Assembly (NCBI RefSeq): GCF_036321535.1
Contig: NC_087441.1
Coordinates: 29,698,001 to 29,762,000, forward strand
Length of the DNA: 64,000 nucleotides
Reading direction: 5' to 3'
DNA from: Camelus dromedarius
Taxonomy: Eukaryota
Each line of letters begins with the position of its first letter. Position 1 is the first letter of the stretch. Under the pieces are notes generated by a model. The model was not told the origin of the DNA. It searched no databases and worked only from the letters and a program-made list of their open reading frames with translations. The translations under genes and the position numbers were made by a program. Shown in pieces: positions 51,101 through 64,000 of this stretch.

Positions 51101-54100
51101 GTGAAAGAGAGAGAGGCGTCATAGACCCCTAGGAGGAGATGATGGCGCTTTGTATTGAGTCCTAGAACAAGGGAAGTACTGGTTTGGGATGAAGGGATTG
51201 GGGCAAGGGAGACGTGGGTATTATGGGCGTGGAAGAGGCAGAAAATGAGGCTGTGTCGAGGTGTGTGAAGAGCCTGAACAGCTGGAAATGAGACATCTCT
51301 TAGGCAAGACGCCTTTAAAAGGTGTGTATTCAGAAAAATGGTGATAATTTAAAATGATGGTCTTCTGAGGCTGCAGGGACAAGAAAGAGCTAAGGACAAC
51401 TTTGGGGTCTAGCTCCCTCCACTTAAGAGATCGTAAAGGAAGAGATGCCATGGAAGGAGCAGTTCAAACCATAGTAGTAGAGTCAGAAGAGGAAAATCAT
51501 TGACTTCAGGGAAGACAACTAGTTTTGCAAGAAGGAAATGGTTAACTATATCAAATAATTGAGAGATGGAAATCAGAAGAAGATTGAGTTAGAAACTAGA
51601 CAAAGATTGAGGAGAGACAATATTGGGGCTAAAGTTTACAAGTTTGAGGCTGACCTAGAAAGCAGGTGGTTTTGAAGTGATGGGGACAGAAGCCTCTTGC
51701 AGTCTGGCCAAGATGTAAATAGGACTTGGAAGCTGTGAATTTAGTTGAGATTGTTGGGGGAAGGGGCAAAAGGAAGCCATTTTATCAGTTTTCTTTCTTT
51801 CTTTCTTTCTTTTCTTTTATTTTTTGCAGAGGGGAAACTCGTTCATCAAATAGTTTTCACATAGAATTTTCTAATATCTGATATTACCTGTATTTCTATG
51901 CTTCGTTAATTCAAGAGCATCTTGGCCCATGTTATGTAAAATATTACTCTAAATAATTGAATAAGTTTTGAAGAAAATGGTGCTAAAGGTGAAAAATCCC
52001 CCCAAGGATTTTTACCAGTCCTTAAGCAGGATCACTGATTTTAATTTTGATGATTGTTAAATTTAAGACTTTCCCAAGTTTAAAATCAAATGATGTTAAA
52101 GTAAGCCTGTTGGATGCTGGTGTTAAATGGACTATAACTCTGGTACATTAAACCTTGTTCCAGGTTAGCAGCTCTGTCAGAAATACCCTTGGTTGGGAGA
52201 CGCCAGTCTGTCTCACTGCCTTTCTGCACTGCCACGTGTGAGAGTCATTGCTCTGCCCACTACAATCTATACAGCAAAACATGAGGAGTATGTATTAGAT
52301 AATCTGTAAGATCTGATGTAAGTAAAACAAAATTTAGGACAAGTGTTATAAGCTTTGTTTCCAAATCCTAATTATTGAGAGGTAAACAGCATGCATTGAA
52401 GTGCTCTATAATTCCTTTCTTCAAAATTTTTCTCATTCACATACCCTCTAAAATTAATTTTCATAGACTGTGTATCACCTTGCATATTTTAAAACTGAAA
52501 TCACAACTTCTCATCGTAAGTTTAAATAATTGCAAAGGACATTCTAATACTTTAAAATGTTTACAGTGGAATTTTAATACCATAGGGACTTGATGCCCTG
52601 TTATCTGTTGTTAAAAAAAAATGCATGAAAGCTCTATATTAATAGTAAGAAATTTTTAATTGTTCTATCTTTATTTGAACTTCTATTTCCATTGTACTTT
52701 CTCCTTAGAAATTTATCCTAAAATAACCTATTCAATGGTACAGATTAATTACATTTCTCTGTGACAAAATAAGTGTATATACTGAATTTCTAGTTGATCA
52801 AACAACAAAGATATATCACAAATTTTGATAGTTAATAAATATAAAACTTTATTGAAAATTGGGTTCTTAATGAGAATAGGACTTTGTTTTTCCTCAATTA
52901 TTAATGAATAGATTTTACTTATTCCTAATAAATTTAGCAATATATTTTTCAAATATATCTATGCACTGAGAAACTTAAAAAATTAAGTTATAGCAGTGAT
53001 AGGTTTTTAACTCCTTTAAAAATTTATTGCATGCCAAAAATCATAGCAATTTATCATCAAAATTATTTGTAATGATCTACCAGCTAATAGGTCTCTCTAT
53101 ATATTTATTGAAAACAAAGAATTTGAAATAATCTGACTTACCTATGGATTTGTTACCCTGCTGTCATGGTAATTCATTTGGTCAACTGCTGAGAAGTAGC
53201 CAAAAAAATTATTACTGACTCAGAGTATAAGGATGTTTAAAGCTCTTGTTGCATATGTTGTCAAAGTGAGGGTAAAGAGGCATGTGGGTAGAGATAAACT
53301 TGTATATGTATTTGAGATGTAAAAGTGGTTTCTCAAAGTTTTACACCAAGATGAATGTAAGTACAATTTTTATGGAACTGTCAGTCATTTGGCTAGGGAA
53401 CTATATATGAAGACAAAAATGAAGAATAAGAAAAATTAACTTACCTAGGTAGAGAAATGCAATGACTAAGATTCCAGAGATATATGGTCAGTGCATAAAA
53501 ATTAGTAGTAAAAAAAAAAAAAACAAAAAACAAAAACACCTTTCTGTCCCAAGACAACATACAATCAACCTAGAAGGCTCTTTTGCCATCTGACCTCAGA
53601 CGGTAAGAAAAACTTGCAAATCTCTGAAAAGGTGCAGAGGTAGCAGGTGACCTTCAAGGATGGTGAGTACTACAAAGCCATGGATTTGGGAGAAACATTC
53701 AGGTCAAATTTAAAACATAACATGTATTACTAAAATGCATCACTTTAGGTCTGAACCTATAGTAGAAGCTTGGTGGACACTATGAAAATTGTTCTGTGAA
53801 GTCAAAGACCCGGTGACCTGTTGTGACCAAAAAGCATACTGAGCATCTGGGTTTATCAAGAGATGTACCAGAAAACAGAGACTCCACCCCCATGGAGCTT
53901 TGGTAAATTAACCCAGATGAGAAGTCTGGATACATAAATGAGACAAGTTATATGAACACACTCTTTAATGTGTAGCCATCATTTTGTGAATATTAGCTAT
54001 GATGATGGCAGTGGTGATGCTGTTTTAATGGAAAAAGAGCAAGTCCAGAATAGATGCACGGTGATGGCATGTGGGATGCTGTCCATTGGAGAAGATTATG

Positions 54101-54310
54101 ATTCTCCAATTTGAGTGTCGGGGCTGAGAGGTGAAATCATTTAAGTCAAAAAGTTGTATAAATTGTGAATTTGTGAGCATTATGTGAGCACCAAAGTGTC
54201 AAAGTAGATAATGCCCCAGGAATGAGATTTCCTGCACACTGGGAACAGAAGTCTTTTCTCATCTAGTATCTCCAGTGTTTAGTAATTCGCCCATGGTAGG
54301 TGCCTGGTGA

Positions 54311-54665
54311 ATGTTTATGATCGTTGATCTAAAACCGATAGACTGCCAGTTATTTCTCCAGCAAAAACGGGTTTATTTTGGGTCTACAAAGAACTGCAAT
54401 TCAGGGTTTGCAAGCCTGGTGAGCCATGTGCAGGTCCCCAATGAAAATGGAGAGGTGAACTCTTTAAGAGGAGGAAAGGAAGCTGGGAGGGCTAGAGTCC
54501 ATTGGAGGAACTGAGAGTGGCTCTCCATTGGCTGAGCTGTGGCAGTTTCTCGTTGACTAAGCTCTTGCCAGCAAGAAGGGGAAGTCTGTCTTCTTCCTTT
54601 TGGGCTCTGCTATTGCCCTAGGGTGTGAGAGGCTCCTTCCGGCCTCCTTAGTTTGTTTAACATTT
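54311..54665 (-). mobile_element. Probable ERV1-class solo LTR
   Basis: Antisense LTR-like text: aaaaacgggtttattttggg...gaactgcaattcaggg...ccattggctgag (AATAAA-like signal on the minus strand and CCAAT boxes). Family and right boundary are uncertain. Confidence 0.5.
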
Positions 54666-56064
54666 ATGAGTCTGAGTGTAATTCTGAAAAGTTCCCGAGC
54701 CTAGTCCTTGAAGGCTGTGTCTAATTTCTTTTTCCAACAGGCATTCTACCCTGAGGAAAATCGTAAGAAAACCCAGAGGAAGGATGTGGAGGAAATGGCA
54801 AACTGTCTAACGTGGCTGAGTCTAGGGAACAGAAGATAAAGAGACGGGGAAAGGCAGGCTGGACACACTTTAGGCTTGTTTGTGGTGTCGCCATGTCTAA
54901 CTGGACCAAGGGTGGACACTTGACTTGAGATGGGAAGTCAGTTTTCCTGAGAATTTAGTATTTAGATGAGCATCCTGTTACTGGTCTCCACACCCAGTTG
55001 GGATTGTACTTGGGACCCTCAGAGTTTCCTTGTCCCATCGTGGGGACTGAGCAGAGAAAAGGATGGTTTTCCAAAATCAGGGTGAGGAATATGTAATTGG
55101 TAGGCAATGGGGAGCCACTGAAATCTTTCTGATTTGAGAGTGAAACATAATCAATCATCCAGTCTTCCAAAGACATCTAATAATTCTTAGTTCTGAAAAT
55201 TGCTACATTCACTGTCTGAAAGCCATTCCAAGGGCCTGCTCTAATGCACTTTGCTGAGCTGAAACCAAAGTGCTTCTTTTCCATAGGAACTCAGCCTGAG
55301 TTCTTGGGGCATCCAAAGGGAAGAATGACAGCCAGGTAACTCTCCTATGTCCCTCCCTTCTGAATAGGCTCAGTCATTTAGACACCTCTTCATTTTCTTA
55401 TCCTGACTTAGATTTACCCCTTGGCTTTTAGAAAATTACATTATCTCTTTATTTTTCTCTCTGACCATATGCAGCTTATAAAGGGCTCTGGCAGTCTGAA
55501 TCCATTGGAAAACCCAGCAACTGGACTCTCTTATCCTTGATAATACCTGAGATTGTCTTCAGAGGTTTATTTGTTGACAACAGCCGTCTTGTTACTTTTA
55601 AGTGGTTCTCTTTCATAACCTGACAGTGCCCTCTGGAGAAGGCTGCAAACAGCTTCATGAAAGGAGGGTTAACGTGCCTGTGTTTTCGCAGAGAGGGCAG
55701 CTGCAGCCCTGAGAGCACGGCCAGTGTTCTTGTGTGCTATGCGAGTCCTGACCGGAGTGAGCCTGGCACTCCAGAGATGAGCTGCTTCTGGCGCTTGGAT
55801 GCTGTCGTTCTCTCCCCTTGGCTCCTGCCTACGTCTTCTCTCGCCTGCTTGTAGCCTGCTCCTTGCTCATACTCTTCAACCCTTGCTTGAGTCACATGTG
55901 AGCATGTCTGTTTGAGAAAGAAGACTTGGCATTGACCCTAACACTCACTGTGCTGTTTCCCTGCTGGTCTCTTTCCTGCTTCCCTCACCTTTTGGGATGC
56001 TATTTGCAATGCCTTGAAAGGTATCAGCCTGACCTATAAGAAAAAAGCCTACAACAGTTAATAA

Positions 56065-56290
56065 CATTAATACCAACAATAGCCACCATTAATCTGGGCC
56101 GTGCACTGTGTTAGCACTTTGTAAATGTTTTCTCAGTACATTCTAAGCCTCTTGTGAGGTATTTCTATAATTATTTTGACTTTCAGAAAGAATAGCTGAG
56201 AGAGTTTACAGGGCTTTCCCAGTGGTGAACCTAGTGACAGGCCCAGGACTTGAACCCCCTTGTCATGTCCAAGTCTGTGCTTCTGTACAC
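56065..56290 (-). mobile_element. MIR SINE
   Basis: aatagccaccattaatctgggccgtgcactgtgttagcactttg...cccaggacttgaacccc. Confidence 0.65.
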
Positions 56291-57073
56291 AATATTGTTG
56301 TAACTCACTGCTTAATGACATGAAGAAAAGCACTTCTGAAAACCCTCAACGTTGTTCATTTTCATAATATTTAGCCTCTGGCAGCCGAAATTCCCAGCAG
56401 TGATTTTGTTTCTCCTTGTTTCACTGTTACTGAAATCTGGGATCCACATTCTCTCTGAGCTCATGGTCATCTCTCACCTCCTTTTCCAGGACGTATTTAA
56501 AGGCGGGTCTTCTTGACCTAATCAGATGGTGCAGAGGCCAGCTTCTTATCCTGGTGTGATTATGTCAATGTTTGATTAGCTTTTAAATACCATATGTTAG
56601 ATGTAATTGAAACCTTATTTCCTTTTAAGCAGCTTCCCTGTAATTTTATGTTAGGACTGGGTAGCTAAGATCTGATTCAGTTACACTACCAGTAGCCAGC
56701 ACAGTTGATATGCGCAACACCATTCTGTGTGTGTGTTCCCACTGCATCATCGTAATAGTCAGGTGAAGGTGATAACAACACGATCTTCATTTTACAGAGA
56801 AGAAACCAAGACTCAATATAGCAGCAAGCCGCTGTCACCTAGATGACTGCACCCTTTTCCCAGCTCGTCTTTCATCCTTCCTCCTGCTCTCCCATTTTTT
56901 TCCCCCACGTTGCAAGAGTGATGTTTTAAAATTGTAAATCTGATCAGGCCACTTCCATATGTAAATCTTCTCAGTGGTTTCCAATTTCCCTTAGAACCAA
57001 GTCCAAAATCCTTAATGTGGCTTAGGAGAATTTCCATGTCTCACCCCTGACCAGGTTCTCAGCTTCATACCTT

Positions 57074-57164
57074 TTTTTTTTTTTAATGGAGGCCCTGGCG
57101 ATTGAAACTAGGACCTCATGCATGCTAAGCACACACTCTACCACTAAGCTGTACCCTCTCCCCG
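57074..57164 (-). mobile_element. Camelid Vic-1-like SINE
   Basis: Poly-T then tggaggccctggcgattgaaactaggacctcatgcatgctaagcacacactctaccactaagctgtaccctctcc. TSD cagcttcatacctt / cagcctcgtacctt (2 mismatches). Confidence 0.85.
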
Positions 57165-57379
57165 CAGCCTCGTACCTTACCTCTATGCTCAAAACTTCTC
57201 TGACCCAATTCTACTGGTTTTTATTCCATCTCCAGTATGTGCCTATTTAAACAGAAGTCATATGCCTGTCTCCCAGGCTATGTGAATAAAGCGTCATCTC
57301 CTGTTGTCTCTGCTTTATTGTGCCTGGCACACGGGCAGGTATCATAGACTCAGTCACATCCCTTCAGCTGTTGCCTAGT

Positions 57380-57884
57380 TATGTGATGCTCATATATTCA
57401 ACCCCCAAAACTGTTTCCCACATGAGGTAGGCNNNNNNNNNNNNNNNNNNNNNNNNNNNNNNNNNNNNNNNNNNNNNNNNNNNNNNNNNNNNNNNNNNNN
57501 NNNNNNNNNNNNNNNNNNNNNNNNNNNNNNNNNNNNNNNNNNNNNNNNNNNNNNNNNNNNNNNNNNNNNNNNNCCTGATGTAATCACAAGGGCCTTTATA
57601 AGAGGAGGCAGGAGATGGAAGCAAGCAGTAGAAGATGTGACAACAGAAGTAAGAGGTAGAGTAATGAGAGCAAGGGGCTGTGAGCCTAGAAAAGTAAGCA
57701 ACTTCTAAAAGCTAAAAAATTAAGGGAAGAAAACAGATTCTCCCTGAAGCTTCCATAAAGAACACCCCTGCTGACACCTTGATTTTAGGCTTCTGACCTC
57801 CAGAACTATAGACAATAAAGTTGTGTTGTCTTGTGCCACTAAGTTTGTGGTAATTTGTTAAAGCAGCAACAGATAACTAATACA
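57380..57884 (+). mobile_element. MaLR solo LTR (MLT1C/D-like), containing a 141-N assembly gap at 57433-57573
   Basis: gtaatcacaagggcctttataagagg...ccctgctgacaccttgattttagg...aataaagttgtgttg...gcagcaacagataactaataca. Confidence 0.85.
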
Positions 57885-57939
57885 CCACACAACTCAACTT
57901 TCAAGATTCTGCATAACTGAGAGGCTGAAATTATTGACT

Positions 57940-58870
57940 CAACAAACATCTACTCAGTGCCAGGCACTCTACCTAGGTTAGAGCCCTCGTGGTCTTTATA
58001 TTCTAATGAAAGTCAGAAAATAATATCATGTAGAAGTGATAAATAGTATGTATTTAGACAGGAAAAAAGAACAGGAGGAGGGTTGACATTTTAAATAAGA
58101 TGGTCAGTGAGGTTCTCACTGAGAAAAGTAATGTGAAGGAATGAGAAGGGAATGTGCGTAGCATGTTCACGGACAAGTGAAAAGGCCAGTGTGGCTGAGG
58201 CAGGGTGAGCCAGAGTGGAGGAGGAAGAGGAGGAGGGCACCATCTTTGAATACTATGGGTTTTGAACAGAGCAGTAAGATGCACTGATGTAGGTTTTAAA
58301 AGAATCACTCTCTTGCTGCTTTTGAAAATAAATCCAGAGTTGGGGGTAACAAGAATGAAAACAGAGAGCCCAGTGAGAAGGGTGTTGCAAAAACCTAGAC
58401 AAGAGAGATTTTTGGCTCAGACCAAAAGGGTAGCTGTGGGATTGGTGAGAAGTAGTCAGATTCTAGACATTGCTGAAAGGTAGGGCCAGTGAGACTTCCT
58501 GACAGAATGGATGTGGAAATGCAACTACGAAATTTTTGGCCTAATCGAAGGGAGAATGGAATAGTCACTAACAAACTGAAACTAGGTGTATAGCAACACT
58601 GAGGGCAAAGATCGGGAGTTCAGTTTGGGACGTAATTTTGAGTCCTGTTAGACATCTAAGTAGAGGAGATGAGTGGCAGTTGGATATTAAAATCTGTCCA
58701 TCAACAGAGGTCTGGGCTGGACATATCTGTTTAGGAGTTGACATCTTAAATGATGAAACAAAAGAGGCACAGGAGATGGATGCTGGATGAGGGGTATGCA
58801 GAGGCTTCCCCATGGGGATTAGAGGACAAGAAATGAGGGGTGATTGAGAGCTGTGAATTAGAAAGGATTG
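57940..58870 (-). mobile_element. L2 LINE
   Basis: caaacatctactcagtgccaggcactctacctagg followed by extended L2 body. Confidence 0.7.
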
Positions 58871-59299
58871 CAACATGTGTAGAAAAAAAAATATATGTAT
58901 AGATAACCTTAGAAAATGTTTTCTAGTTGTTGGTTTTTACATAGAGGGGGCTATTAATTCTCTACAAGGAAAAAAAAACCACATTTTTACATCAAATCTT
59001 TTGGGGTTTTTTCTAGTTAACTCTAACAAAATGCAATATAATGAGTCCACTTAAGTATCAGTATTTGCATTTCTTTTCTTATGCTTACAGCAGGAATACC
59101 ATTTTCCAGAGCCCCATAAATCTCCACACATTGTAATTGAACATATCTATTTCTTAAGAAGTGAAAAATCTGTATGGTGACTTGAAACAAAGGTAATTTT
59201 GTGGTTTGGGGAATGGAATTCCTAAGTGCATATATTGTAGTCTCTCCTCATCTGACAGGTTGTTCTAACTCTGCTCTTTTGCTGGAACTGGATGATAAG

Positions 59300-59470
59300 C
59301 ACTTACTGTTTGACACTTTATGAAAATTTTCATATATATTCTCATTCATTCCTCACATCAGCCTTAGGAAGAAGATAATATTCTCATTTATAGATGAGAA
59401 AACTTAGGCTCAAAGAGGCAAAGCAGTTTACTCAAGATCATTGGACTGGACTCAAACTTAGAACCACCAG
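59300..59470 (-). mobile_element. MIR SINE
   Basis: ctcattcattcctcacatcagccttaggaagaag...attctcatttatagatgagaaaacttaggctcaaagagg. Confidence 0.7.
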
Positions 59471-61006
59471 TTTTTTCCCTACTTCATTAAGGTACATGAG
59501 AATCTTTAAATTTATTCATTAAAAAAATGTCAATTCAAGGTAAGAAAAGGTAAAGCACATTTTCTAGGCTTGTTAGAAATGGGTTCTACTAGCCATTAAA
59601 AAGCTATATACAATCATATAAAATAAACTAAAGATAGTTATGCTATTATAAATTTATTCTATGGAAATTACTCTTTCTTAGTTCTTGTGTGCTTCTCTTT
59701 TGCACAAATTAGCTAACATATAGGACATAATTGTTCCTTGATTGTTCCAAAGCCACCTTGAGATTGGTTGAAGTTGGAAAGCATCATGAAGGAAGAAGAA
59801 GGAAGCCAATGAAGACGAGTTGTTGTGTGCCCAGCTCACTAGAACGGGGCTTGCTAACAGTCTCCATTTCATCCAAAAGCTCCTCTCTCTCTTACCTCTT
59901 ATGTTTTCTAAAGTCTATACCATGTGAATTCCCCAAAGAGAATTAAATAGCAATATCTTAAGAAATTGACTGGATACATTTTCTGAGTATTGCTGAGAAG
60001 GAGCAAGACTACTACTGGAATTGAGTGGTACCACTATTGTTAGAAATAAGCTGGCATGGGGGTGGGTTTCCAACTTGATTATTTGCTGCCATGGATGAGA
60101 AGTTTGACTTTATGAGGAAGAAGTGTGGGACTACCTAAGAGTACTGAATTAAAAAAAAGGGGGGGGAGGCTTTGAGGAGCAAAAGGGACAGGACACAGAA
60201 AGCTAGTCCTGATCGCTGGGAACTCAATAGGTGGAAAGCATCAAAGGATGACTCCAGAAGGAGGTGGAGATATGGAAATGATGTTATCAACAGGTACACA
60301 TGTTAAGTGAAGATGAAACAATATATCCAAAATGACAGCATCTAAGTATATTTAGTTACATGCTACCATGTGAAAGAAAGGAGATGTCAGAGTTTGGTGA
60401 TGGTGTGACTCGGGAATAACCATTAAAGAGAACAATTTGATCAAAATGGTCTGGTAGAGGGGGAGCATTTAGAAACTTGGAGAGTTAGACTGAGTGTTGT
60501 CTGCTTCCTATCCTAACCCCTACCCTCCAAATGTGTAGGGTTACAAACATTCATGCAAAGATAGGGCCTGGGGGGAACAGAATATTCTATCAGGGAGAAT
60601 AGCAAGTCCCAAAGCAGAAACAAGCTTGGCCTTTGAAGACTGGCAAAAAAAAAAAAAAACTACTTCTCTGTACCTGGAATATAATGAGCAAAGGAATAAA
60701 TTATAGGAGATGATGGCAAAAAAAAAAGAAAAAGATGATTGTAGGAGGGACGTCAAAGGATGTGAGTGCAGACTCTAGCCACTGCGTAGGTGGTGATGGT
60801 AGGAATGCAGGAAGTTCTTTTCAGAATGCTTCCATCTTCTCAGTGAAGTAGGGATCAAGGTCTTCAATTGAGAATAAATATGGGGGGGGATGTGTCAGAG
60901 GTTTAAGAAGTGAGCAGGTGTGAAAAAGTCATTCAGGAGAATAGGAGAGTGAATGGACTAGGGAAATACAGTATGATACAAGGTCCTGTCAAGAGCCTGT
61001 TTCTGG

Positions 61007-61117
61007 TAAAATGACCAACTGTCCTAGTTTGCCCTGGTCTCAGGGCTTTTCAGGGGCCTTGCTTTCAGTGCTAAAACTGGGATAGTCCTGAGCAAACCAG
61101 GCTGGTTGGTCACACTG
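61007..61117 (+). mobile_element. hAT-Blackjack MITE (MER81-like)
   Basis: tgaccaactgtcctagtttgccc...tttcagtgctaaaactgggatagtcctgagcaaaccagg...ttggtcacact; ~110 bp with inverted termini. Confidence 0.75.
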
Positions 61118-61269
61118 GATCCTAGTCATAAACTGAGGGAAGTTGATGTTGGATGTTTGCTTTTCTGCAGCCATGAACAGCTACATGAGTGCAGGGTTAA
61201 ATTAGGGAGAGAAAGTGAGATTCAATCAGAGTTATAGTATTGCCAAAGGATACATCAAACAGTATGATT

Positions 61270-61682
61270 TATCAATTGTACTTCTAGATACATAGCCAAA
61301 AGAATCAAAAGCAGAGTCTTAAAAAGATGTTTGTATACCCACGTTCAAGGCGGCATTATTCACAATAGCACAAAGGCAGAAGCAGCCCAGGTGTCCTTGG
61401 ACAGATAAATGGATAAATAAAAAGTGATATATACATACAATGGAATAACATTCAGCCTTAAAAAGGAAGGAAATTCTGACACATGCTACAACATGGATGA
61501 GCCTGAAGACACTGAGTTAAGTTAAAGAAGCCAATCACAAAAGACAAATAATGTATGGTTTACATGAGGTGGAATCTAGAAGAGTCAAATAGCCCTGGAA
61601 TAGCTAAATTCACAGAGACAGAAAGGAGAAGGGTGGTTGTCAGGGGCTGGGGAAGGGGGGATGGAGATTTATTAGTTAACGG
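61270..61682 (+). mobile_element. L1MB-type LINE-1 fragment (ORF2 end / 3' UTR)
   Basis: gcggcattattcacaatagc...agataaatggataaa...aaaaaggaaggaaattctgacacatgctacaacatggatgagcctgaagac. Confidence 0.85.
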
Positions 61683-63536
61683 ACGCAGACACTAAGTCAG
61701 CGGAACCAGAGAACTGGGAAGTCGTGACCTGGGTGACGCGATTTCTGAGAAAGCAGGAAGACACCATCAAGCCTCAGGAAAAGATATACCTTTGATGAGA
61801 GGCTGCCACCTCGGTGAGCTGCTGTCCCTGTCCACACAGCATCCTGCTCTCCACGCCGGGAGAAAGGTCACCCACTGAGCAGACAAGACTGGCTGCTTCT
61901 CATAACTGTGCCTGGAGCAGGGAGAGGATCAGACTAGCTAGGTGAACAACCCCTTTCAAAAGGTCTTGTACAAATGGAGTCTTGGGTGCAGGAAACTGGA
62001 TGATTAACAAGAGGAGGCACCTATACCAGTCCACTGAAAATCTGAGTCCAGACAGGATTATTCTGGACTTAGCCAGTTTGAATTTTTTAAAGTGAGTGTA
62101 CATGAGAACCCAGAGCAGACCCTCATCACTCCGTACCTTTCCCAGCAACAGCTGCTTCCTCCTCTTATGATCCCCCATGTCAGGCAGTAGCAGCTCCTCC
62201 CCCCCGAGGTCCTTGCCTGAAATCTGAGTAATTTCCATCTTGTCCCTTTCTGCCTTCCGTTGACATCGTCCCCTCTGTGAGAGTATTTCAGTCCCTCTGC
62301 AACTCCGGGGGCACTCCCGTGCATCCTATGTAAAAGGTGTATTTTGGTATTGTGTCCGGTGGGATACTGCACTTTGAGTCCTTTGGCAGACAAGGCCACA
62401 CACAGAGCCTGACATGCCCAAGGCAAATGGAAGAGGGGATCGGCAAGAATACAATGGACATAAAGATGAAACTTGCATTTCCAAGCACTGCCAAGGCTGA
62501 GCCTCAGTACAGTATCTGCCCAGACTCCAGGAACTGAATTTTATGTCATACTCTTAAGAGATGAATGCATTTCAAATTTAAAACCGCAGCTCTGCACCTT
62601 TGCAGCATACTTGTGGAACAGAATCTAGCCAGGCATTTCTGCTATTAGAAAAGAATCCATTATTTATTTTGTATTTCATGCTCAGATTTTAATTTTTCAG
62701 ATGAATCACTCTTCTTTTTTTTCCACTGAGATTAAAGTTACCCATTAGAGGAATAATTGGAGCCTGTATCTGCTGGGGCCAAGAGGTTAAAGGCCAGTAG
62801 AAAAATCAGATCAAAGAAATAACTGTAGTGCTCATTTCAAATCCTCTAACTTTAATGTCTAACTTATCTACAGGCTACTACACTAGACGAGAGTCTTAAA
62901 GTGCATTTCCTTTATTTATAGTCATCATGGGAAGTCAATTTGTCGCTACTCTGGTCATGCACTGGAAAACTGTATAATGAACACTGATTTTCTTTGTGCC
63001 ATGGTGGAGATGGATTACAGTGTCAAAATCAGGCCACTGTGGTTGTGATATTGTCCAATGCAATTCAGAAATTCCTGATTGACCTTCACATGATGAACAA
63101 ATTTTTGCTGTTTCTCAGCATGATTTTCTGGGACTTTCACTAACTTGGCAATTTGCAATATTGATCAAGTCAGAGTTCTATTTAAGTATCTGCTACAAAA
63201 TACCAAGTTGTGAATTTTTTTAAAGGTCAAGGTACAGTTTTTACCAGAGTACATTTTATGTAGATATTAAAGTCATTCTTTTTACTCACCCTCCTTAAAT
63301 GTGCCTAAGATGGGCAGAGATTTGGGGAAACTCTGGGAGTGAGGGAGGGAGGAGCCTTTAGAGGACTGGTGTCCAGTGGGTTTAAGCCAGTGATCAGCAT
63401 AGGTGGAGAGCAGCTGGTGGGGACAAGGGTGTTGTTAGAAAGGTGGGCACATGAGGCAGAAAAGTCAGGGATGAAGCAGCTCTTCTTTGTGCAAAGCACT
63501 GAGAACCCCTCTCGCTCTTCCTTACCACTAAGGCAT

Positions 63537-64000
63537 TGTGTTAGGGATTGGTCTAAGAGACAGAAAACACATCAAAAAGTTGAATAGAAGAAGTTTAACA
63601 TAAAGAATTATCAGGGGCTTTCAGCAATGAGGCACTGCTAGTTCAAGCCATGAGGATGCTACCACACACAAGAACAGCAGATACAGGAGCAGCCACTGCC
63701 CCTGGGGCTGAGACAGGGTACCCAGGAGAAGGTCACATCTCTCAGGGTAGAGATGCAGACTTTCTGGAGAGCGCACAGTCCTGGCTCATGGATTACGTGA
63801 AGTTCACTGGAAATCTTCCCTCTGGATTGCTGGGAGAAGCCATAACTTAAGGGACTCAGAATTCTTCAGGCTGTGGCAGGGCCAGAGATGGTTAAAGGGG
63901 AGATGCTGTGCCTGCCAGCACTTTGTGGAAAGATGCTGGACAATGGCCCTCCCCTAGGAAGCTCACGGTGGGGGTGGGGTGGGGTGCTGAGAAGCCAGTC
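63537..64000 (-). mobile_element. Old ERVL-class LTR (LTR16/LTR33/LTR40-like), running to the window edge
   Basis: tgtgttagggattggtctaagagacagaaaacacatc...gaagtttaacataaagaattatc resembles the antisense ERVL LTR end. Subfamily is uncertain. Confidence 0.5.

Noticed and set aside
63966-63986. G-rich run gtgggggtggggtggggtg as a G-quadruplex
   Set aside because: Only three full G tracts, inside an old LTR at the window edge; not supportable.

Overview
Mammalian genomic DNA, most likely a camelid: the young SINEs are the tRNA-derived Vic-1 type, and I saw no Alu, B1, BovB or PRE. The + strand carries the 3' two-thirds of ARHGAP18, a RhoA GTPase-activating protein gene. Ten coding exons are readable (orthologues of human exons 5-12, 14 and 15, numbered from my recollection of the human gene). 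All have AG/GT boundaries and consistent phases, and the stop codon is at 44227-44229, followed by a ~2.2 kb 3' UTR. The exon equivalent to human exon 13 is not in the called sequence; phase arithmetic and position suggest it lies in the assembly gaps at 38818-39239. Intron 5 holds a decayed COX6C processed pseudogene inserted into a Charlie1-type hAT transposon. Short near-identical direct duplications bracket exons 7 and 8, a CpG-rich block sits in intron 8, and a strong CTCF-like motif lies just past the gene end. From ~46.5 to 64 kb the sequence is intergenic and mostly ancient repeats (L2, MIR, L1, Tigger, MaLR/ERVL LTRs). I found no good evidence for a novel biological system; the findings are local evolutionary, regulatory and assembly observations. 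Repeat family names come from recalled consensus sequences and need RepeatMasker/Dfam confirmation.
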